This document shows, one piece after another, positions 20,295 through 29,221 of a DNA stretch of 64,000 nt. The notes under the pieces were generated by a model. The model ran no database searches, was not told the origin of the DNA, and saw only the letters and a program-made list of their open reading frames with translations. The stretch is taken from the NCBI GenBank assembly GCA_963677495.2, contig CAXXOU010000002.1:160001-224000 (forward strand), read 5' to 3'. A program made the position numbers and the translations under genes. Position 1 is the first letter of the stretch; each line of letters starts with the position of its first letter. The DNA comes from Candidatus Cloacimonadales bacterium. GTDB lineage: Bacteria > Cloacimonadota > Cloacimonadia > Cloacimonadales > JAFGVF01.

Positions 20295-22126
20295 ATGCAA
20301 AAGGGTAGCAAAGCCGGCTTAGCCGGAAGGAGATTTCTTTCTTGGTTGATTGATTTACTGCTGTTCTCTGTGATTGCTATTTTCACCGGAATCTACTTCA
20401 CACAGGAAAGCACAATGATAAGTATTGGTATGGGATACATTGGTAAGATTACTAATATTATCTTGCTACTCGGTATTGCATTACCGGCAGTATATCTATT
20501 TATGAGTTGGGTTTTCTTTGGAGCCACAATCGGTATGAAAGCTCTTGGATTAAGAGTTAAGTCGATTCACACTAATAAAAAGCTCAATCCGGTGTTGCAA
20601 TTCTAAGATTCTTAATGTGGATTGTAAACTGGTTCTCTTTCCGATTGGATTCCTCTGGATGCTTTGTGACTCAAGAGGGCAGACCTTTGCTGATAAGCTA
20701 TCAAGTACTGTGATTGTTCGGAAGGGTGACTATAAAGAGGAAGTACCTCCTTCTTCTGAACGAGATCGAAAGGTTTGGTTAGTAGGAGCTATCTTATCCG
20801 TTTTGGTATGATTTTAGCCTCATCAACTATCTTTCTATTCTTGTATCAACCACGCTTGAATCCAGGAATTAGTAACACCCTGTATTCCTATCTACCCGGT
20901 GATAACCCCGAAGAAAACAGTTTCTATGAACTCTATGGTTTCACTGCTCCCCAAGGCATAGATCCTTATGATGCCGGATTGCAGAAAGTGGTTAATGCTA
21001 ATAAAACTTTACTTGATTATAATGCAACCAATGTTCCTATTTCTGATCCTAGATTGAAGAAGCTGGTTAGTACATTTAAAGATACTCTCCGCTCGGATAT
21101 ACACTATGTTAAAGATAGAGCAGAGGGACAGAGTAATATAGATTTAATCAAATCGAAGCGCAAAGAGCTTAGACCAATTATTGAAAAGTATCAATACATG
21201 AAAGAGCGCTACTCGAGAATCAGGGAGTACAAATATTTCAAACAAAGATTATTCCACATACAGCCTCCCCATACTGGCGTGGTTCTCTGTTAGTTGCCTA
21301 TCAAAGGTTGGTTTCTGCTGAGTTCGTGCTTGAATATCTCTATGGAGATCGTAATAAAGCTCTTGAACTTATGCAACTAAGCTATGATGTGAATCGAAAT
21401 CTTTTCAAAGTTTGTGATGACATGTTGATAAAGTATATGACCGCTTATAATCTTGGGAATGTAGAAGAGATAATAAGTGAGCTGATGAGCTATGAAAAGC
21501 CATGTGACCAGCGTTTGTTAAACTTTGTTAGCAATGTGCAAGGCTTCGATAGGGAGGATGTTAATCTTCGTAAACCTCGAGAGACAGGATTTAACTATAC
21601 CCTCATTTCAACCTTGGCTGATAGAATGAATAACAGACAGATTTTAGAGGATTATGTTGTCACTCCTAAAGAGATTACTCAATCCAGTAGCTTCATGTTT
21701 AAATCAAACGATTTTGCCAACCAGTTCTATGCTTTCAATGAATATATAATGGATTACTCAGAGAAATCCTTCCCTGAGATTTATGCTGAGAAAGATAATC
21801 GATTCAGTTATAATCCAACCTCAGTATTGAATGTATTTAATACACTGGGAGTAGCTCATACAATCACTGTAATTCATGTTGAGAAGATGGCAAAAGACTA
21901 TCTGTTTAGGTATATTCATAACTATTTGGGCACCAAGCTGCTAAAAGCAAAAGCTGATATTATCAGAGAGAATGTTCCTAAAGATAAGATTGAAGATTTC
22001 CTCCAAAACGATGTGGTTAAGTATGGAGTAGAGTACAAGGACGAAACTTTCAAGTATGATTCTGTAAACCACAAGATCTACTTTGACCAACTCAATAAAG
22101 ATGAGAGTTACGGGTTTAAACTGTAG
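20295..22126 (+). pseudogene. RDD-family membrane protein with a large extracytoplasmic domain, split by frameshifts (probably sequencing error)
   Basis: AAGGAGG RBS and ATG at 20295. AGLAGRRFLSWLID, GATIGMKALGLRV and QTFADKLSSTVIV RDD motifs are spread over consecutive fragments to 22126. Confidence 0.7.
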
Positions 22127-22150
22127 GTATACATCACAAATGTATAGATG

Positions 22151-22180
22151 AAGCCTGGTGCCTTGCATCAGGCTTTTTAT
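22151..22180 (+). terminator. Rho-independent terminator after the RDD gene
   Basis: AAGCCTGGTGC-CTT-GCATCAGGCTT followed by TTTAT. Confidence 0.75.
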
Positions 22181-22181
22181 T

Positions 22182-23791
22182 GTAGTGCGAGTGTCCCCAC
22201 TTGCACATAGCTCGATAGAGCTATCACTGGGAAGCCAATCGAGCTCAGAAACTAGTATTGACTTGTATTTCCCAAAATAAGAACTACTTTTCAACGTATG
22301 ATTTCTAAGTATCAGTCAGAGGAAGCTGCCGACTGTGTCGGCACAGCAACTCAGGAGAGTTGCAGTACATTCGTAGTGTAAGTGTCCCCACTTGCACATA
22401 GCTCGATAGAGCTATAATCGGGAAACTTATCGTGTACTGGAAGTAGTATTGACATGTATAATCACGAAACTTAATTCTACGTTCTAAACGTATGATTTCT
22501 AAGTTCCAGTCAGAGGAAACTGCCGACTGTGTCGGCACAGCAACTCAGGAGAGTTGCAGTACATTTGTAGTGCGAGTGTCCCCACTTGCACATAGCTCGA
22601 TAGAGCTATAATCGGGAAACTTATCGTGTACTGGAAGTAGTATTGACATGTATAATCACGAAACATAATTCTACGTTCTAAACGTATGATTTCTAAGTTC
22701 CAGTCAGAGGAAGCTGCCGACTGTGTCGGCACAGCAACTCAGGAGAGTTGCAGTACATTCGTAGTGTAAGTGTCCCCACTTGCACATAGCTCGATAGAGC
22801 TATAATCGGGAAACTTATCGTGTACTGGAAGTAGTATTGACATGTATAATCACGTAACATAATTCTACGTTCTAAACGTATGATTTCTAAGTTCCAGTCA
22901 GAGGAAGCTGCCGACTGTGTCGGCACAGCAACTCAGGAGAGTTGCAGTACATTTGTAGTGCGAGTGTCCCCACTTGCACATAGCTCGATAGAGCTATAAT
23001 CGGGAAACTTATCGTGTACTGGAAGTAGTATTGACATGTATAATCACGAAACATAATTCTACGTTCTAAACGTATGATTTCTAAGTTCCAGTCAGAGGAA
23101 GCTGCCGACTGTGTCGGCACAGCAACTCAGGAGAGTTGCAGTACATTTGTAGTGCGAGTGTCCCCACTTGCACATAGCTCGATAGAGCTATAATCGGGAA
23201 ACTTATCGTGTACTGGAAGTAGTATTGACATGTATAATCACGAAACATAATTCTACGTTCTAAACGTATGATTTCTAAGTTCCAGTCAGAGGAAGCTGCC
23301 GACTGTGTCGGCACAGCAACTCAGGAGAGTTGCAGTACATTTGTAGTGCGAGTGTCCCCACTTGCACATAGCTCGATAGAGCTATAATCGGGAAACTTAT
23401 CGTGTACTGGAAGTAGTATTGACATGTATAATCACGAAACTTAATTCTACGTTCTAAACGTATGATTTCTAAGTTCCAGTCAGAGGAAGCTGCCGACTGT
23501 GTCGGCACAGCAACTCAGGAGAGTTGCAGTACATTTGTAGTGCGAGTGTCCCCACTTGCACATAGCTCGATAGAGCTATAATAGGGAAACTTATCGTGTA
23601 CTGGAAGTAGTATTGACATGTATAATCACGAAACATAATTCTACGTTCTAAACGTATGATTTCTAAGTTCCAGTCAGAGGAAACTGCCGACTGTGTCGGC
23701 ACAGCAACTCAGGAGAGTTGCAGTACATTCGTAGTGCAAGTGTCACCACTTGCACATAGCTCGAAGAGCTATAATCGGGAGACTTATTGTG
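22182..23791. repeat. Tandem array of a 194-bp multi-hairpin REPIN/BIME-like element
   Basis: Units start (GTAG) at 22182 (divergent, 191 bp), 22373, 22567, 22761, 22955, 23149, 23343, 23537 and 23731 (partial). Each unit has five hairpins. Confidence 0.97.
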
Positions 23792-24135
23792 CTAAGTAGT
23801 AGTCACCAGTACGACCAACAGGAGTTTGGAAAAATGCGGAATTGACTTTCTGAAGTGCTACTATATCCTGATGGAATAACCATATAATATCCATGGTGCT
23901 TTAGCCCATGGATAAGAATTATCACCAAAACCCTACCCCAACAGGACTGAATTTTCATTCCCAATTCTATCCCATTAATCCCTCATTCCTCTATCATAAT
24001 TCCCGACAGAAAACTGTCTCATTCCAATGAGTCTCTTGAGGCTCACTAGGGCAAAAGGATAAGAGACTGACAATAAACCGGGCAGAAATCGGTTGCTCTT
24101 GAACCCGAATTATGATGGAGCAATGATAGAGAAAT

Positions 24136-24223
24136 ATAGCTCAAAGCCTATAGCCTATAGCCTATAGCTCAAAGCTTATAGTCCTTATTTCAGCTATAGG
24201 CTATAGGTTGTTAGCTTTTAACT
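24136..24223. repeat. Heptamer (AGCCTAT-like) tandem repeats followed by their inverse
   Basis: AG(C/T) every 7 bp from 24138 to 24180, then G(C/T)T every 7 bp from 24193 to 24214. Confidence 0.85.
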
Positions 24224-24360
24224 ACAAATTCACTCCCCGTTAGAAACACGTTACAAGAAATGGGGATTGGATAGGATCTGGATGAAGAATTGATATACTC
24301 CCCAATTGTAGTAAGATAGTGCATTATTTATGACTACATATGATGTATTTGCTCCGTTAT

Positions 24361-24496
24361 TGCTCTGCTACAATATTGAACAAAAACGAATCCATTTCCA
24401 ATCGCTCTCCTAGCAGACACCTATTGAATTCAATAGGTGTCTAATAGGAAACTGCAAAGGAAATGATAACTGAGGGTTGAGAATTGTGACAGAGCA
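24361..24496. repeat. 136-bp fold-back with a perfect 28-bp central palindrome
   Basis: AGACACCTATTGAATTCAATAGGTGTCT at 24415-24442; symmetric outer arms 24361-24374/24483-24496. Confidence 0.85.
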
Positions 24497-24825
24497 GTGC
24501 GGAAGGGATTCTAGTATTAGGAACACCGTTTCCCACCACTTGAAAGTGGTGGTTTTGGGGAGCATATATTCAACCCGTTTCGGGATCGAAGGTTCTTCTT
24601 AGGGATTCATGACAATGCATTTCATGAATGGCTACTCACATATAATTCCGTTCAACCATCAAAATATTACGGCACGACAAGTGGGATTATTATTAAGGTT
24701 AATTAAGTGAACAGGGTTGTTCGCTATACATTTCCGGGTTTAACAAATAAAAGCCTATTATCTGAACTTATCCGAGTAATCTACGGCTATTTAGCATGTT
24801 ACAGTCAGTCAGTGGCAGTACATTC

Positions 24826-25047
24826 GTAGTGCGAGTGTCCTCACTTGCACATAGCTCGATAGAGCTATCACTGGGAAGCCAATCGTGCCCAGAAGCTAGT
24901 ATTGACATGTATTGCCAAAATTAGTTTTACTTTCCAGCGTATGATTTCTAAGTTTCAGTCAGTGGATAGAAGCTGACGACTGTGTCGTCACAGCATCAGT
25001 CTTCGCTGTAAGCTTCGCCCGACAAGACTAAAGAGAGTTGCAGTACA
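24826..25047. mobile_element. Solo diverged copy of the 194-bp element (putative non-autonomous REPIN/MITE) with a nested 31-bp insertion
   Basis: Same GTAGTGCGAGTG start and GAGTTGCAGTACA end; compensatory change GCTGACGAC/GTCGTCACAGC. Confidence 0.75.
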
Positions 25048-25151
25048 AAAAGCGAACCAGCATTGACACAGTCAATGCACTCCATAATAGGATAATCATT
25101 GACTAATATAGACAGTTCATCTGAATGCATAAAAATCACGATAGGATTGTC

Positions 25152-25913
25152 ATGAAAACGGATTTACATATACATACTAAGTTTAGTTCAGATGCGAGGA
25201 TAGAACCGGAAGAGTTAGCTGAAAAGGCACTTGGAAACGGCTATGAGTTGATTGGGATTACAGATCATTTCGATATCTTAGCTGAGAGTGTCAGTACACA
25301 TAAGAACATTGAGTTTACAGATTATGTTGAATACTTCCACGAGTTGAAGGCAAAGTATTCAGAGCTTAAGATTGCTGTAGGGGCAGAAGTAGGGGAATTG
25401 CATTGGTTCAAAAAAGAGTTAGCTGATGTGTTTGGTGACCTGAACCCCGATTACTTATTAGCATCTATCCATTTCTTATCAAATAAAAAGGAGGTTTCGA
25501 CTTCTTTTGCAGGTTACTTGTCGAGAGATGAAATCAAAGATTACTATATGATGAATCTGAACATGGTGGAGCAGGCTGACTTCCATATCCTGGGGCACTT
25601 GGGTATATTCAACAGATACAAAAAACATGATGAATCGCATGTTCGAGATATCAAGAAAGAGATTTTCAATGTGATGATTGATAGAGGGATTGCTCTGGAA
25701 GTTAACAGCTCAGGATATAATAAACCTATAAATGAGATTCTGCCTGTTGTTAGAGATCTTGATATGTATATGGAACTTGGTGGAAGACTTTTAAGCATCG
25801 GTTCTGATGCCCACACACTTGAGATGTTTGATAAGTATTATGACAGATGTATGCAAGTACTAGGCGATATGGGAGCTGAGTACAAACTGTTCATACCGGA
25901 GATGAAGTTATGA
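25152..25913 (+). CDS. PHP-domain histidinol-phosphatase (HisJ/HisK family)
   Basis: DLHIHTKFSSD, ITDH, GAEVG, SIH, LGHLG, LEVNSSG and GSDAH motifs. An alternative upstream ATG lies at 25125. Confidence 0.88.
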   Translation: MKTDLHIHTKFSSDARIEPEELAEKALGNGYELIGITDHFDILAESVSTHKNIEFTDYVEYFHELKAKYSELKIAVGAEVGELHWFKKELADVFGDLNPDYLLASIHFLSNKKEVSTSFAGYLSRDEIKDYYMMNLNMVEQADFHILGHLGIFNRYKKHDESHVRDIKKEIFNVMIDRGIALEVNSSGYNKPINEILPVVRDLDMYMELGGRLLSIGSDAHTLEMFDKYYDRCMQVLGDMGAEYKLFIPEMKL

Positions 25914-27127
25914 GATTAGCAGTAGATTTACATTCACATTCAGGTTATGCTGGTGGTGTGGGAAATATAAAATTGGAAGATGTAATCCAGACGATGAAAA
26001 GAAAGGGTATCGATGTTTTCGGGGCCGGTGATGTATTGTTCCCAAAGCGTACTGAAGAACTACGAGAAGTGCTTACTGAAAGCAGTGAGGGTCTTTTCTC
26101 TCTAAATAGTAGTAAAGAACAATTTGCTTTGCAGACTGAGATTATTCTATCGGTAAGATTGGAAGGCTATAAACGTAAGATAATGGCACATCATGTCGTG
26201 CTTTTTCCTGATTTTGAGTCAATCAAAAAGATGCAAAAGCTAATGACTAAATGGGGACAGAAGAACACTATTGGTCGCCCTTTTATTGTGAGTGATGATT
26301 TAGCACAGCAGACAGAGAGACTGTTTGAGATAAAGAATATCCACCCATTGGTTGAGGTGATCCCTGCCCATGTTATGACTCCGGAAGGTATACTCGGTAG
26401 TAAGAATATGCTTGAATCTATCAATGAGTTTTACGGTGAGTTTACTGACGAAATACAGGTTGTCGAGACAGGATTGAGTGCTGATCCATACATGCTTGAG
26501 CAGATAGAGGAACTGGCAGATATGACAATGATTTCCAATAGTGATTGTCACAGTGCAGCTTTGAATCGAATCGGACGTGAGTTCACTATGCTTGATGTTC
26601 AAGATAGAAGCTATAAAGGCATTGTTGAAGCTCTTAGAACAAATAAAGTCGAGTTTACAGCTGAGTTTAACCCGGCAGAGGGAAGATACTACAATACCGG
26701 CCATAGAGCTGATAGACAGGGACATGAAGAAGCATATATCTCTGATAACCCGAAAGAGACTGTATGCCCTATATGCAATAAACCTTTCCTGCCGGGAGTT
26801 GAAAGACGAGTGAAGCAGTTGAGTAGTGGGTATAAAGCGAAACATACTCGTGAATTCCATCATCTCCTACCATTAATTGAGGCAATTGCACTGGCTATTG
26901 GGGTTAAAAGTATAACATCAAAGAGGGTTGTAGAAAGGTTTAACACAGTATTGGATGAGTTTGACACTGAAATAGCGTTTTGGTTAGCATCAAAAGAGGA
27001 GATACTGAAAAAGCTTGATGGAAAGCTGGAGGGAGAGATCCTCATGCGCCTATTAAAGGTCCATGATGGCAAGTTCTCGTTCCAACCACCGGGATTTGAT
27101 GGCAACTATGGGGTGCTATCGCTTTAG
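25910..27127 (+). CDS. Endonuclease Q family (PHP-domain) protein
   Basis: DLHSHSGY, IPAHVMTP, ETGLSADP, SNSDCHS, IGRE, GRYYNTGHR and PGFDGNYG motifs. Confidence 0.9.
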   Translation: MRLAVDLHSHSGYAGGVGNIKLEDVIQTMKRKGIDVFGAGDVLFPKRTEELREVLTESSEGLFSLNSSKEQFALQTEIILSVRLEGYKRKIMAHHVVLFPDFESIKKMQKLMTKWGQKNTIGRPFIVSDDLAQQTERLFEIKNIHPLVEVIPAHVMTPEGILGSKNMLESINEFYGEFTDEIQVVETGLSADPYMLEQIEELADMTMISNSDCHSAALNRIGREFTMLDVQDRSYKGIVEALRTNKVEFTAEFNPAEGRYYNTGHRADRQGHEEAYISDNPKETVCPICNKPFLPGVERRVKQLSSGYKAKHTREFHHLLPLIEAIALAIGVKSITSKRVVERFNTVLDEFDTEIAFWLASKEEILKKLDGKLEGEILMRLLKVHDGKFSFQPPGFDGNYGVLSL

Positions 27128-28669
27128 CTCGAAAATGGCACCTGTTTTCCAACCATCGGTTGCACTACTAATAATACCTCCGGCATAACCTGATCCTTCT
27201 CCGATTGGGAAAAGATTTGTTACACTTGTAGAAGCACGTGTTTGATAATCACGAACAATTCTAATCGGGGAAGATGTCCTGGTCTCAGGGGCTATTAGAA
27301 CACCTTTCTCTGCAAATCCTTTATACTGCTTATCCCAGTGTTTTAGAGCTTGATGTAAAGGAGCAGAGATCGATTTTGGGAATAGGTCATGTAGGTTTGC
27401 ATTGTGAACTGAAGGAAGGAACGAACCTGTAACAGGTTTTGAGTCTTTCTTATGTTTCAGATAAGACAATGCTGATTGGACAGGAGCTGAATAATTGCCG
27501 ATGAAGGCTTTCTTCTCTATTCTTTCCTGAAGTTTCACACCACTTAAGATATCTTTAGCATTAGACTTTACTGATACAACTAAGGCACTGTTCCCATATT
27601 TGCCTGTTCTGGATGAGTTACTCATACCGTTAGTAACGATTGTATTTTGTTCCGAACTACTATTGATAACGAGTCCACCCGGGCACATACAGAAAGTATA
27701 GACTCCTAAACCATTAACCTTTCTGGTTAGTCTGTAGTTCGCCGGTCCTGTAATATCTATATCAGTGTTTTCGCCATAGAATGTTGAGTTTATGTAATCC
27801 TGATCATGCTCAATTCGCACTCCAATAGCAAAATCTTTCGATTCAATATCGATGTTCTTTCCCGGTAGCATCCTGAAAATGTCTCGAGCTGCGTTTCCGA
27901 TACCTAGAACAACTATTTCTGGTGAAATCTTCTCTTCATTGATTGTTATTGATTTGATTCTATTATCTTCAACTTCAATATCAGTAAGTTTAGAGTTCCA
28001 GTGGAATGTACAACCATTTTGTTCTAAGTACTCTCTAATCTTAGTTATTATTATCTCTAGTCGGTCAGTTCCAAGATGGGGAAGAGCTTCATACATGATC
28101 TCAGAGTTTGCTCCAAAGCGAACAAATAACTCAAAGACCTTAGTAGAAAAAATATCTCTGTTTCTTGCTGTAAGTTTTCCATCTGAGAATGTTCCGGCAC
28201 CGCCTTCACCGAACTGGATATTGCTATTCTCATCTAATTTACCATTCTTCCAGAAATTCTTTATCTTTTGCTTTCTGTCTGCAATGGTTTCACCTCTATC
28301 GTAGATTATTGGTTTCAATCCCTTTTCTACCATGGATAGTGCGCAGAATAGCCCTGAAGGTCCAGCACCAATAATCACAGGCTGAGAATCATAAAGAGAA
28401 TACGATGGGAGTACTACATTTTTAGGTTCTCCTAAGGGGATGAGGTCATTATGAACTGGTGGTTTATGAGCAAATGAGAGCTCTACAGTAAAGTTGAACT
28501 TGAGATTATTACGCTTTCTGGCATCCAAAGACTTACGTACAATTGTCAAATCAACAATGTTGTTTGAGTTAATATGCAGTTTCTTTGCAATAACCCTGTT
28601 TAGATCATACTCTTTTGCAATTGGGAATATAACACTTCTTAGTAGAAAACGTTTCATTAAAAACCTCAT
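27116..28669 (-). CDS. NAD(P)/FAD-dependent oxidoreductase (uncharacterised COG2509-like)
   Basis: IIGAGPSG, QFGEGGAGTFSDGKL, FCMCPGG, ETRTSSP and GEGSGYAGGI motifs. Confidence 0.92.
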   Translation of the reverse strand: MRFLMKRFLLRSVIFPIAKEYDLNRVIAKKLHINSNNIVDLTIVRKSLDARKRNNLKFNFTVELSFAHKPPVHNDLIPLGEPKNVVLPSYSLYDSQPVIIGAGPSGLFCALSMVEKGLKPIIYDRGETIADRKQKIKNFWKNGKLDENSNIQFGEGGAGTFSDGKLTARNRDIFSTKVFELFVRFGANSEIMYEALPHLGTDRLEIIITKIREYLEQNGCTFHWNSKLTDIEVEDNRIKSITINEEKISPEIVVLGIGNAARDIFRMLPGKNIDIESKDFAIGVRIEHDQDYINSTFYGENTDIDITGPANYRLTRKVNGLGVYTFCMCPGGLVINSSSEQNTIVTNGMSNSSRTGKYGNSALVVSVKSNAKDILSGVKLQERIEKKAFIGNYSAPVQSALSYLKHKKDSKPVTGSFLPSVHNANLHDLFPKSISAPLHQALKHWDKQYKGFAEKGVLIAPETRTSSPIRIVRDYQTRASTSVTNLFPIGEGSGYAGGIISSATDGWKTGAIFELKR

Positions 28670-28808
28670 TTTCAGCTTTATAGGGAAGTAAAAAGATCTC
28701 TTTTTAGTTTGTCAACAGGGATAATCTCAAAACAAAGAAATTGATCATATCAAACCTGATATGATTCAATTTAATTTTCTGCCATATGTGACGTGCGAAT
28801 GGCATACT

Positions 28809-28895
28809 TGACCACGGGTAAACCACGGGTAAACCACGGGTTGACCACGGCTCGCGTGGTTTGGGCGTGGTTTACCCGTGGTTCATTCGTGGTTA
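28809..28895. repeat. 11-bp-phased palindromic array, CCACG x4 then CGTGG x4
   Basis: CCACG at 28812, 28823, 28834, 28845; CGTGG at 28855, 28866, 28877, 28888. Confidence 0.92.
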
Positions 28896-29006
28896 AACAC
28901 CTCTTTAGTACTTATCAGCTATCATTAAAAATCTATAGAACTAGTTCTGTTAAGTAGCAAAATACTAAAGTAAAACTACGGGATTAAAAGAGCAATCTCT
29001 ATAAAC

Positions 29007-29035
29007 AAAAAAATCCCGACCTAGGTCGGGAAAAA
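29007..29035 (-). terminator. Terminator after tRNA-Phe
   Basis: TCCCGACCTAGGTCGGGA palindrome followed by a T run on the minus strand. Confidence 0.85.
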
Positions 29036-29037
29036 GA

Positions 29038-29113
29038 TGGTGGCGAGACCCAGAGTTGAACTGGGGACACAAGGCTTTTCAGGCCTCTGCTCTACCTGCT
29101 GAGCTATCTCGCC
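29038..29113 (-). tRNA. tRNA-Phe (GAA)
   Basis: GGCGAGA acceptor stem paired with TCTCGCC, anticodon loop CTGAAAA, T arm GTTCAAC, encoded CCA; 76 nt. Confidence 0.98.
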
Positions 29114-29221
29114 CTGTCGTTGAACAGTGATTGGAATAAATTTCAGGTCGCTATAATTGTCAAGCAAAAATGGACAATTATTTTCATTTGGTTAATAACT
29201 GTTAAAATATCAGTAAGTTGG

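Noticed and set aside
17587..22126. Stop-codon reassignment explaining the broken genes
   Set aside because: The fragments are in different frames, so the breaks are indels, and all other genes read normally in code 11.
22449..22462. TTGACATGTATAAT in each unit as a sigma70 promoter
   Set aside because: The hexamers are only 2 bp apart. The alternative TTGCAC-15-TATAAT has poor spacing, and both TATAAT motifs are lost in the divergent copies.
22373..22566. Hammerhead or other self-cleaving ribozyme in the unit
   Set aside because: No CUGANGA core positioned before a stem and GAAA on either strand. Other classes were not recognisable by eye; cmscan would be needed.
22305..23702. Seven repeated 77-aa minus-strand ORFs as a toxin or peptide array
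   Set aside because: GTG starts inside a hairpin with no RBS. The ORFs overlap each other in shifting frames because 194 is not a multiple of 3. They are a by-product of the repeat.
22182..23791. CRISPR, TIGR-like or type III antitoxin array
   Set aside because: No variable spacers, the unit is far too long, and there is no cas, RT, Nop-domain or toxin gene adjacent.
28670..29113. Integrative element at tRNA-Phe
   Set aside because: No integrase and no duplicated tRNA 3' end seen in the window.
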